From a virus: a stretch of DNA of 35,755 bases. Under the pieces are notes generated by a model, which saw only the letters and a program-made list of their open reading frames with translations, was not told where the DNA came from and did not search any database. Position numbers and translations under genes: made by a program. Positions 15,159 through 22,527 of this stretch are shown here, piece after piece (within the stretch, counting starts at the first letter, position 1; every line of letters begins with the position of its first letter). Location of the stretch: the IMG/VR virus record IMGVR_UViG_3300012347_000068, positions 1-35,755 of that record. One strand, given 5' to 3'.

Positions 15159-15673
15159 TGGCTAACTTTAACCTCAATGATTATGAGACTGTTGAGTCTC
15201 GTATCGCTCGTTTCTATAAGGATTATCCAGATGGCAGAATCATCACCAAAAACGTCACGACCGCTCAAGACAGAAGCGTCTCAACCTGGGTCGTCAAGAC
15301 AACTATCTATCTCACGGACGCTGATCAGGAGCGCAAACTACCTAAGGCTACTGGCTACGCTTTTGAGATTGATGGCGTTGGCATGGCGAATAAAACAAGT
15401 GCGCTTGAAAACGCAGAGACGTCAAGCACAGGCAGAGCACTAGCTAATGCAGGATACTCAGGTAACAAACGTGCCTCGCGTGAAGAAATGGCTAAGGTAG
15501 AGCGCGACGTAACACCTGCAGCTCCTACCCGTCCTTGGTTGGTAGAGGCTGAGGAGTTGGCAGCTAAGAAGGATTTGCCTGGTTTGCGTGAACTGTACTC
15601 GAATGCTGTACGCATGAAGGTTAGCGCACCAATTATTGAGAAGATTAAGGAAATTGCTACTCTCGCCAGTTGA
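15158..15673 (+). CDS. Putative single-strand annealing protein (Rad52/Sak-like)
   Basis: It is start-coupled (ATAATG) to the exonuclease. SALENAETSSTGRALANAGY resembles the Rad52 K-x-A-x-T-D-x-x-KRAL-x-x-FG segment. This comparison is from memory and was not searched. Confidence 0.5.
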   Translation: MANFNLNDYETVESRIARFYKDYPDGRIITKNVTTAQDRSVSTWVVKTTIYLTDADQERKLPKATGYAFEIDGVGMANKTSALENAETSSTGRALANAGYSGNKRASREEMAKVERDVTPAAPTRPWLVEAEELAAKKDLPGLRELYSNAVRMKVSAPIIEKIKEIATLAS

Positions 15674-15765
15674 TTACCGCATTCTTTTGTCTTCGATTGT
15701 GGAGATGAGGGAGTGTTATCACGAACAGTTTGTGGACGGCCAGTTGAATTTGGCTGGTCGTCTGC

Positions 15766-16140
15766 ATGAGGACATTTTGGAAAGGGTGGGTCGTCTTGAA
15801 CGGGGCGAATACTATTACGGACACAATTCAGGAACTGCGTCACATTCAGACGGAGATGGCTAAGGGGTCTCAGGCGTTGTTTGACGCTGAGTCTAAGTTG
15901 GCTGAGGCTGAGTATGTTTATGAGCGCACGTTGGCGTTGTCATTTCTAAACGCTGAGGGCACGGCGGGTGAGCGTACTGCTCAGTCTAAGTTTGATGCGT
16001 CGGATGCACGGTTGGAGGCTGATTTGGCTAAGGCTGTGTTGAATCGTGTGAAGTCAAAGTTTAAAACTTTGGAGTTGCAGCAGATGGGGATACAAACAAT
16101 CTCACGTTTGATTGAGACTGAGTTGAAGGTGTTGCGCTGA
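15766..16140 (+). CDS. Coiled-coil protein, unknown function
   Basis: Helical sequence throughout. The real start may be TTG 15796 (RBS aaagggtggg) or ATG 15856. Confidence 0.55.
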   Translation: MRTFWKGWVVLNGANTITDTIQELRHIQTEMAKGSQALFDAESKLAEAEYVYERTLALSFLNAEGTAGERTAQSKFDASDARLEADLAKAVLNRVKSKFKTLELQQMGIQTISRLIETELKVLR

Positions 16141-16274
16141 TGTTGTACATAATTTTGTACATAATCGGGCTCATCGGGCTTGTAGCGGCGTTTACGACTG
16201 GCTTCTGGTTTACTGTGTTGTTTTGGATTGAAATGCAGTTCATGCACCTTGAGGAAGACGACTGGAATGAATAG
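16140..16274 (+). CDS. 44-aa hydrophobic membrane peptide (not in the ORF track)
   Basis: MLYIILYIIGLIGLVAAFTTGFWFTVLFWIEMQFMHLEEDDWNE. Its ATG overlaps the previous TGA (cTGATG) and its stop overlaps the next ATG by 8 nt. Confidence 0.45.
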   Translation: MLYIILYIIGLIGLVAAFTTGFWFTVLFWIEMQFMHLEEDDWNE

Positions 16275-16608
16275 CAAAGAATTTGCCAAGTACAAAGACC
16301 GCGACTTTGGTCGTTGCGTACACTGCGGGCTAGACGACGACACCCTGGTTCCTCAGCATCGCAAGAATCGTCAAGCGGGAGGTTCTAAAGAACGTGACGT
16401 GCCTTCTAACATCCTGACATTCTGTTCAGCCTTCAATGGCCTGATTGAGTCGTCTGCGGAAGCAGCTCGTGCAGCTCGTATGAATGGTTGGAAACTTGAT
16501 TCTTGGGATGACCCGTTGGAGGTTCCGTTTTACTCTGAGGGTCAGTGGTGGATTTTGACAAATGATTTTGGTCGGTTCGTGTTGCTTAATTACGACTTCG
16601 AGGACTAG
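16267..16608 (+). CDS. Small HNH-like endonuclease
   Basis: GRCVHCGLDDDTLVPQHRKNRQAGGSKERDVPSNILTFCSAFN has CxxC...H...N...C spacing. ATG 16267 is preferred over the ORF-track start at 16228. Confidence 0.55.
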   Translation: MNSKEFAKYKDRDFGRCVHCGLDDDTLVPQHRKNRQAGGSKERDVPSNILTFCSAFNGLIESSAEAARAARMNGWKLDSWDDPLEVPFYSEGQWWILTNDFGRFVLLNYDFED

Positions 16609-16649
16609 AGTTAGTCAAGCATCTTATTTTGGGAAGAAGGTGATGCCTT

Positions 16650-17232
16650 ATGTCTGAGAAACTCCGTATTGGTTCGTTGTTCTCAGGTTATTGACGGTGG
16701 GTTAGATCTCGCTGTTAAATCTGTACTTGGTGCCGAGGTTAGTTGGCACGTGGAATGGGAAGCAGCTCCGTCTGCAATTCTGGAGAAGAACTTTCCAGGC
16801 GTTCCGAATTATCACGATGTTTCCAAGGTTGATTGGACATCTGTTGAACCTGTTGACATTCTCACTGGCGGTTTTCCGTGTCAGGATTTGTCGTTGGCAG
16901 GTAAGCGTGCTGGCCTTAAGGATGGCACCCGCTCAGGCTTATGGTCTGAATTTCATAAAGCGATTGAAACTCTTAAACCAAGATTGGTAGTTATTGAAAA
17001 TGTCCGAGGTCTTTTATCAGCAACAGCCCACAGCAACGTGGAACAGTGTTCGTGGTGTTTGGGAGACGAACCAAGTGAACCTTCTTTGCGGGCACTCGGA
17101 GCCGTTCTTGGAGACTTGGCAGACATCGGGTATGACGCAAAGTGGACGAGTGTTCGCGCTTCCGATGCCGGAGCGCCTCATAGTCGATTCAGAGTCTTTG
17201 TTATCGCCTATCCCCGAGGAGTCGATGCTTAG
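16650..17232 (+). CDS. DNA (cytosine-5)-methyltransferase, catalytic N-part (motifs I-VIII), interrupted in motif I
   Basis: ATG 16650 with RBS gaagg gives MSEKLRIGSLFSGY then TGA (16692-16694). The +1 frame continues DGGLDLAV...GGFPCQDLSLAG (motif IV)...IENVRGLL (motif VI)...GAPHSRFRVFVIA (motif VIII) to TAG 17230-17232. Confidence 0.75.
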
Positions 17233-18043
17233 GACTCCTTCTGCGATTGAGGGGCAGGGTGGGGCTATTTCTGAGGATAAGGCGCGTGAGCGTAATCGTA
17301 TGTTGCAGGTTCGTGATCAGATGGCTCAGTTGGCGGCTGAGAATGGTTTGAAGGTTTCTGATTCGATTGCAGCTCAGTTGTTGCCTACTCCTGCTTTGGG
17401 TCATATTCGTAATTATGATGAGCCTGTTGAGGATTATTTGGCTCGTCGTAAGAAGATGGAGGATGGCGAGTATAAGGGGATGCCTGGTGTGAGCCTTGGT
17501 GTTGCTTTGCGTATGGAGATGTTGCCTACGCCGATTGTGCGTGATTACAAGGATGGTTCTGCAGCTCAGACTCGTGATGGCAAAGTTTCTACGGATACTG
17601 TGGCCCGCGCTGTGTTTAACTCTGGTGAAGTGTCTGAAATTTCTTGGGGTAAGTTTGAACCTGCGATTCGTCGCTGGGAAGATGTCCTTGGTCGTCCTGC
17701 TCCCGCACCGACTAAGCCTGATGGTAAGGATGGGTCTCACAGGCTCTCTAGCGCCCTTACAGAGTGGATGATGGGTTTGCCTGAAGGTTGGATTACTGAT
17801 GTTGGTTTGAGCCGTGTGGACGAACTGAAGGCTTGTGGCAATGGTGTGGTTCCTCAGCAGGCAGAGTTGGCTTTGCGAATTCTGTTGGAGGGAGTAGATT
17901 TGAGCGACAAGATTGAGCAAGTCAATTTACCAACACCTACAGTGTCTGATGTTTACACAGCGGATTTGAAAAGTTCTCAACAATCTGAGGGTTCTATGCA
18001 CTCAGTGACGTTGCCTCAGGCTGTTACACGTCTGATAAACTAA
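16994..18043 (+). CDS. DNA (cytosine-5)-methyltransferase, C-terminal part (variable region plus motifs IX-X), in the +1 frame relative to the N-part
   Basis: It has three LPTP-type segments, RRWEDVLGRPAPAP, TEWMMGLPEGWIT and GNGVVPQQAELA (motif X). It overlaps the N-part ORF by 239 nt. Confidence 0.75.
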   Translation: MKMSEVFYQQQPTATWNSVRGVWETNQVNLLCGHSEPFLETWQTSGMTQSGRVFALPMPERLIVDSESLLSPIPEESMLRTPSAIEGQGGAISEDKARERNRMLQVRDQMAQLAAENGLKVSDSIAAQLLPTPALGHIRNYDEPVEDYLARRKKMEDGEYKGMPGVSLGVALRMEMLPTPIVRDYKDGSAAQTRDGKVSTDTVARAVFNSGEVSEISWGKFEPAIRRWEDVLGRPAPAPTKPDGKDGSHRLSSALTEWMMGLPEGWITDVGLSRVDELKACGNGVVPQQAELALRILLEGVDLSDKIEQVNLPTPTVSDVYTADLKSSQQSEGSMHSVTLPQAVTRLIN

Positions 18044-18113
18044 AAGGAGGTAGGCCACAGAAAGAGTAATGTGACCTACCTCGAAACTGATAAACCGACT
18101 ATCAGCACTTCCT

Positions 18114-18944
18114 ATGATACAGGAGTTGCTGGGAAATGAGCAACAAATGGCAGAAGCACGGCTATACGCACGAATCACACTTGACTTTGCAGACAGCGCG
18201 AAGATAAGGCCACTATCCGACAAAGCCTTTAGGCAGTACATTGAGGCGCTTCTTTGGTCTCGCCGTATGCTCTCGGATGGTTTCATTCCTACCAAGATGG
18301 CAAGAATCCTTTTTACTGACGAAGTACTAGAGGAACTCACTACTAACGATGATGAAAAGCCTTCGTTGCGCTTCGTTGATGGTGGAATTGCTATTCACGA
18401 CTTCGCAGAACACCAAACCACCAAGGCTGTTGTAGAGCAGAAGCAGGCCAATGGTAGCAAGGGTGGCAAGGCTAAAGCTGCTAACGTGTCTAGCGAAAAT
18501 CTAGCACCTGCTAGAGATTTGGTAGAGCAAAATCCTAGCGAAAGTCTAGCTAAGACAGAGACAGAGACAGAGACAGAGACATTTAATTCTAAACAAGTAA
18601 ATTATATGAGCATTTCTGATGAAATCTCTTTTGAAGAATTCTGGGCTTGGTATCCTCGCAAGGTTGGTAAAGCTGCGGCTCGAAAAGCGTGGAAGAAATG
18701 CAAAACTGATTCTGAAACTGTCATTGCTGGGGCTTTGCGAATGGCAACAGACTCTAACTTGCCTGAAATGCAGTTCATCCCTCACCCTTCGACCTGGTTG
18801 AATGAAGAACGCTGGAATGATGATCCGTATCCACCTCGGGGCAAAACAAACTTGAAAGAGATTCAACGTCAACAAGCCTCTGAGAAGTTCCTTGCCAGCT
18901 TCAATCAACAAACCGAAATAACCGCTAATCCAGATTGGGCTTAA
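18114..18944 (+). CDS. Replication-organiser-like protein (two domains joined by a repeat-rich linker)
   Basis: C-terminal FEEFWAWYPRKVGKAAARKAWKK...IPHPSTWLNEERWND is a motif I associate with phage replication-region proteins (from memory). The N-domain is DUF1376-like. The start may be ATG 18147. Confidence 0.5.
   Translation: MIQELLGNEQQMAEARLYARITLDFADSAKIRPLSDKAFRQYIEALLWSRRMLSDGFIPTKMARILFTDEVLEELTTNDDEKPSLRFVDGGIAIHDFAEHQTTKAVVEQKQANGSKGGKAKAANVSSENLAPARDLVEQNPSESLAKTETETETETFNSKQVNYMSISDEISFEEFWAWYPRKVGKAAARKAWKKCKTDSETVIAGALRMATDSNLPEMQFIPHPSTWLNEERWNDDPYPPRGKTNLKEIQRQQASEKFLASFNQQTEITANPDWA
18553..18581 (+). repeat. Hexanucleotide microsatellite (AGACAG) x ~4.8 encoding (TE)n
   Basis: agacagagacagagacagagacagagaca lies inside the linker of the 18114 ORF (KTETETETETF). 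Confidence 0.9.
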
Positions 18945-18946
18945 TC

Positions 18947-19342
18947 ATGCAACCTATCGAAACTAAACAAGTTCTTGACTTCATTGCTGCTGCTGATGGT
19001 CGTAACGTTTCAGAGCAAACTTATGGTGCTTGGCATTTGGTCATTGGTCACCTGTCATTTGAGCAGGCTCGTCAGGCTGCTTTGATGGCGTTGCAGGATG
19101 ACGCGATTCGTTGGACTGAACCGAAACACATTTTGGCTAAGGTTGCCAAGTTGATTTCTGACGCTGAGGCAGACAAACGTCGTGAGCGGGCTTTGACGGC
19201 TTCTCCAGACCCTAAGGGCGCTGAAATGCCTGTTTGTGAGCATGGCAAAGGTTTGCTTTATTGTGACCCTTGCTGTCACCAAGCTGCTGTTCGTGCTGGC
19301 CTGATTGAAAATAAACCGTACAAGGTTAAGCAAAACGTTTAA
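18947..19342 (+). CDS. Hypothetical protein with a C-terminal Cys/His cluster
   Basis: ATG 18947 overlaps the previous gene end. The C-terminus is CEHGKGLLYCDPCCH. Confidence 0.55.
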   Translation: MQPIETKQVLDFIAAADGRNVSEQTYGAWHLVIGHLSFEQARQAALMALQDDAIRWTEPKHILAKVAKLISDAEADKRRERALTASPDPKGAEMPVCEHGKGLLYCDPCCHQAAVRAGLIENKPYKVKQNV

Positions 19343-19362
19343 AGTTTCTGTAGGCTGAAGGT

Positions 19363-19632
19363 GTGGAAGAACGCAACCTGTGTGCCCGTTGTGGTGTCGC
19401 ATGGGATAACCCGAAGCGCAAACGTCAAGATTCGTTATGCGCTGATTGTCGCGCTCGACCTGCTAAGACCATCAAGTATGGCGATGAGCGGTGCATTCCG
19501 TGGCAGGGTGACTTCACTGTTGAAGATCAGCCGTTGTTGCACGGTCAACTGTTTCTACCAGGCGAACGGGTTTGCAAGCATTTAGATTGTTGCAATCCGC
19601 TACATTTGGTAGATGTCCTAGACGAGGTCTAG
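19363..19632 (+). CDS. Cys-rich protein resembling a truncated HNH_3 domain
   Basis: It has CARCG...CADCR, then ERCIPWQG...VCKHLDCCNPLHL. This parallels CIEWQ...HLCDNPPCINPSHL of the 335-811 HNH, but it ends before the GT..N part. GTG start. Confidence 0.5.
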   Translation: MEERNLCARCGVAWDNPKRKRQDSLCADCRARPAKTIKYGDERCIPWQGDFTVEDQPLLHGQLFLPGERVCKHLDCCNPLHLVDVLDEV

Positions 19633-19660
19633 GATTTAAAAAAGGAAGATAGGAAAATTT

Positions 19661-19975
19661 ATGTCAAAGTATTCTGAAGCAACAAACATTTCTGGTGTGA
19701 CCGTTGAGCGCAAGTTCAATGGTGGCATCGGTGTTCTTGGTACGTTCACTAAGAACGATGGTTCTACTGGTTACAAGCGTTGGACTGTGTGGACTTCTGC
19801 ACCTGTTAACGCTGGTGACATTGTGAACATTGCTGGCGGTGTTGTTTCAACCAAGGTTGAGAAGTACACCAACAAGTCTGGTGAAGAAGTTACTACCGCA
19901 GCTCTGCACATCAACAACGCTAAGGTTGCTGTTGCTGGTGGAGCTCCTGTAACTGACGACTCAGCACCGTTCTAA
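19661..19975 (+). CDS. Compact SSB-like protein (104 aa)
   Basis: Strong RBS aaaaaggaagatagg. The body is beta-rich and could be an OB fold. The Gly/Ala linker ends in the acidic tip DDSAPF, similar to the SSB C-terminal DDDIPF. Confidence 0.5.
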   Translation: MSKYSEATNISGVTVERKFNGGIGVLGTFTKNDGSTGYKRWTVWTSAPVNAGDIVNIAGGVVSTKVEKYTNKSGEEVTTAALHINNAKVAVAGGAPVTDDSAPF

Positions 19976-20412
19976 TGTTTCTGATTACGGTAGAGGGCAT
20001 TCCCGCTACGCAGGGTTCTAAGACCCTTTACCGTGGTCGGATGGTTGAAGCGTCTAAGAAGTTGCCTGCTTGGCGTTCTGCAATCATCCTTGAGTGCAAG
20101 ACGGAGTTTCTTCGCCGTGCAGCTCTGGTCACCTTTGATTCGCCTGTGCGAGTCGAGGTGACTTTTTTTCTACCCCGCCCTGCTAAGTCGAAGTGGGCTT
20201 TGGTTCCTGCTGGTAAGCCTGACGTTGACAAACTTTTGCGTGGCGTTCTAGATCCGCTGGTTATCGCTGGTGTATTGCAAGATGACTCTTTGGTTGTTGA
20301 GGTTGTTGGCCGTAAATTGTGGACTGGCAATGGCAATCAGCCTCATCCTGGTGCTGTTATCAAGATTGAGGATTATCACAATTTGGTAAAGCCTGATTTG
20401 AGAGTTGCGTAA
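19975..20412 (+). CDS. rusA: RusA-family Holliday junction resolvase
   Basis: ITVEGIPATQGSK...VRVEVTFFLPRP...GKPDVDKLLRGVLDPLVIAGVLQDDSLVVEV matches the RusA pattern. Confidence 0.8.
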   Translation: MFLITVEGIPATQGSKTLYRGRMVEASKKLPAWRSAIILECKTEFLRRAALVTFDSPVRVEVTFFLPRPAKSKWALVPAGKPDVDKLLRGVLDPLVIAGVLQDDSLVVEVVGRKLWTGNGNQPHPGAVIKIEDYHNLVKPDLRVA

Positions 20413-20476
20413 AGTTTCCCTTTTGTGACATACTCGATGTATCAGCAACAATGCTGAGTTTCGGGAAGGAAACAAA

Positions 20477-20767
20477 ATGCCACACGCACGCATCACAGAT
20501 CCACAAACCTCACACGAGGCCGCAGCTAGTGTCCTAAACCTATCTGCCACCAAGCAAGCAATCCTAGACTTGCTAAAGTTCCCTGCAACTGACGAAGAAC
20601 TGGTTAACCGTTACCAGTCGCTTGCTCGCATGGGTCAGGTTCCTACCGCTTCACCGTCGGGTATTCGTTCTCGCCGTCACGAATTGGAAGTTCAGGGCCG
20701 TGTCCGTGCACTCGACTTCTCAAAGTCTTCTACTGGTCGTAAGGCCATTGTTTGGGGTCGCGCATAA
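20477..20767 (+). CDS. Winged-helix DNA-binding protein (MarR-like fold, putative)
   Basis: TDPQTSHEAAASV...KQAILDLLK...ATDEELVN...SPSGIRSRRHELEVQGRV. This pattern is common in small actinophage wHTH proteins (from memory). Confidence 0.5.
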   Translation: MPHARITDPQTSHEAAASVLNLSATKQAILDLLKFPATDEELVNRYQSLARMGQVPTASPSGIRSRRHELEVQGRVRALDFSKSSTGRKAIVWGRA

Positions 20768-20997
20768 TGTCTAACCCAATTTACGATTCACTCAAAGCAA
20801 CTGTTGTTGAGGTTAGCGATGCTGCGTATAAGCGCGGTCACTTGCAGGCTCAGATTGAGATGCTAAACATTTTGAAGTCTATGAACACTGACATGATGAA
20901 TGGCGACCAAGTTTTGTTGCAGCTGGTTGAGAAGTTTAGTCACATTCAGACTCCGGCTAAGGCTCCTAAGCCTCGCGCTAAGAAGGTGTCAGCATGA
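20767..20997 (+). CDS. Hypothetical protein
   Basis: ATG 20767 overlaps the previous stop (TAATG). The ORF track extends upstream to 20752. Confidence 0.55.
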   Translation: MSNPIYDSLKATVVEVSDAAYKRGHLQAQIEMLNILKSMNTDMMNGDQVLLQLVEKFSHIQTPAKAPKPRAKKVSA

Positions 20998-21194
20998 GCG
21001 TATTGACTTTGTTGGCAACCTGCCCTGTTTGTGGTTTAGGTATCTTTGCCGATGACAAGCAATGGGCTGATATGCCAGAAGGTTCAAAAGTTTTTTGTCA
21101 TCAAACTAAGGAATGCCTTGGTGTTGTTATAAAAGCAACATCGGCTACAACTACATCATTTACTTGGTGGGATTCTACAGAGGTGTCAGCATAA
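20994..21194 (+). CDS. Small zinc-ribbon-like protein
   Basis: CPVCG...CHQTKEC. The ATGA overlap suggests coupling with the upstream gene. Confidence 0.5.
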   Translation: MSVLTLLATCPVCGLGIFADDKQWADMPEGSKVFCHQTKECLGVVIKATSATTTSFTWWDSTEVSA

Positions 21195-21400
21195 TGGAAC
21201 TATCAGACGAAGTTTTCACTAAAGCCCTAGAATCTGCTTACAAAAGCGGTGTCGAATCTGGTATCGCATCAGAACGTTACCGCATAGCTAACATCATCTG
21301 GGATACCGCCGAAGATGCCATTTCCGACTTTTCACCTGGTTTGCTATCAAAAGCAGTCATGGTTGTTGCTAAACGAGTATTCGGTGATGTCAATGTGTGA
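21194..21400 (+). CDS. Hypothetical protein (68 aa)
   Basis: ATG 21194 overlaps the previous stop (ATAATG). The upstream part of the ORF-track ORF 21113..21400 overlaps the preceding gene. Confidence 0.5.
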   Translation: MELSDEVFTKALESAYKSGVESGIASERYRIANIIWDTAEDAISDFSPGLLSKAVMVVAKRVFGDVNV

Positions 21401-21950
21401 AGTTGATCACTGCAATAGTCGCGCTGTAGGTCACGGCCTTTGCATGGCACACTATGCCACCATGTTGCGTCACGAAACAGGGCAACACAAACGCTACAAC
21501 ACTAAGCGTTCTGGTTCCTGTCAGATGGTTGGTTGCGAAGGAAAAGTACGCACAAACCATTTGTGTGAGAAGCATTACATGAGGTTTTATCGGGCTTCTA
21601 AGAAAACCCACAAGGTTATTTGTATGCACGGCGAATGTCCTGCAGCTGTATACCGTGAAGGTCATTGCAAAGAGCACTATATGGAATTATTCCCAAAAGT
21701 ACAAACTCGTAAACCTGATTGCTCTAACGAAACTTGCACTCAACCTGTGTTCAACAAGGAACTGTGTCAAAAACATTTCAACATGGCTAAGGCTAAGAAG
21801 ATGCGTCGCCCTAAATGTGTTGAGAAGGATTGCCCACGTTACCAGTTTGCGTTGGAGCGTTGCTTACCGCATTATCAGCAAACAAAGTTGGAAGCTGCTG
21901 AGGCTGAAGATTTCTGGTCGTTCGTTAAGGACAAGTTGGAGATTGCATAA
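21393..21950 (+). CDS. Protein made of five tandem C-x3-C-x9-10-C-x2-H modules, with no nuclease domain
   Basis: The five modules are CEVDHC...GLCMAHY, CQMVGC...HLCEKHY, CMHGEC...GHCKEHY, CSNETC...ELCQKHF and CVEKDC...ERCLPHY. ATG 21393 overlaps the previous stop. Confidence 0.65.
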   Translation: MCEVDHCNSRAVGHGLCMAHYATMLRHETGQHKRYNTKRSGSCQMVGCEGKVRTNHLCEKHYMRFYRASKKTHKVICMHGECPAAVYREGHCKEHYMELFPKVQTRKPDCSNETCTQPVFNKELCQKHFNMAKAKKMRRPKCVEKDCPRYQFALERCLPHYQQTKLEAAEAEDFWSFVKDKLEIA

Positions 21951-22099
21951 TGCAGTGTATTGAGGTTGAATGTAATAGTGATGCTTGGTCGCATGATAGG
22001 TGTCCTTTGCATTATCAGCAGTGGAAAAGTGCCGCCGATTACTCTGAGGGGTTTTGGCAGTTTGTTAAGCAAGAACTTAATTTGGTTGAAAAGGGATAA
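21950..22099 (+). CDS. 49-aa single-module paralogue of the Cys-repeat protein (not in the ORF track)
   Basis: MQCIEVECNSDAWSHDRCPLHYQQWKSAADYSEGFWQFVKQELNLVEKG. Its tail EGFWQFVKQELNL parallels EDFWSFVKDKLEI of the upstream gene. The start is a TAATG overlap. Confidence 0.5.
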   Translation: MQCIEVECNSDAWSHDRCPLHYQQWKSAADYSEGFWQFVKQELNLVEKG

Positions 22100-22101
22100 A
22101 A

Positions 22102-22527
22102 ATGAAGATTGAAATTGTTGCAGAGAACTCTCAGGTTCCTGCGTATGCGTTGCTTGGTGATGCTGGGATGGATTTGCGAGCTGCGGAGACTGTGCTGATT
22201 GGCCCTGGTGAACGTGCGCTGATTCCTACTGGTATTCGACTTGGTTTGCCTGAAGGTGTTGTTGCTTTGGTTCACCCTAGATCTGGTCTGGCGCTAAAGC
22301 ATGGCATCACCGTATTGAACGCCCCTGGAACTATTGACTCTAACTATCGTGGTGAGATTGGTGTGATTCTGCACAACACTTCTACGGACTGGTTCGACGT
22401 GGATAAGGGTGACCGTGTTGCTCAGTTGGTTTTTCAGCAGGTTTTGACTGTTGAGTTTGAGCAGGTTGATACTTTGTCTGAGTCTGTTCGTGGAGCTGCT
22501 GGTTTTGGTTCGACGGGGGCAAACTAA
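22102..22527 (+). CDS. dut: Trimeric dUTP diphosphatase
   Basis: It has AGMDLRA, RSGLALKHGITVLNAPGTIDSNYRGEIGVILHN, GDRVAQLV and C-terminal RGAAGFGSTG. Confidence 0.92.
   Translation: MKIEIVAENSQVPAYALLGDAGMDLRAAETVLIGPGERALIPTGIRLGLPEGVVALVHPRSGLALKHGITVLNAPGTIDSNYRGEIGVILHNTSTDWFDVDKGDRVAQLVFQQVLTVEFEQVDTLSESVRGAAGFGSTGAN

Noticed and set aside
15636-15863. 75-aa ORF (possible 53-aa version from ATG 15704) between the annealase and the coiled-coil gene
   Set aside because: It overlaps the better-supported 15766/15796 ORF in another frame. GGAG abuts its ATG with no spacer. No motif was recognised. It cannot be fully excluded.
17041-17052. GAACAGTGTTCG considered as a third LexA-like box
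   Set aside because: The half-sites are separated by 3 nt rather than 4, and it lies inside the methyltransferase coding sequence.
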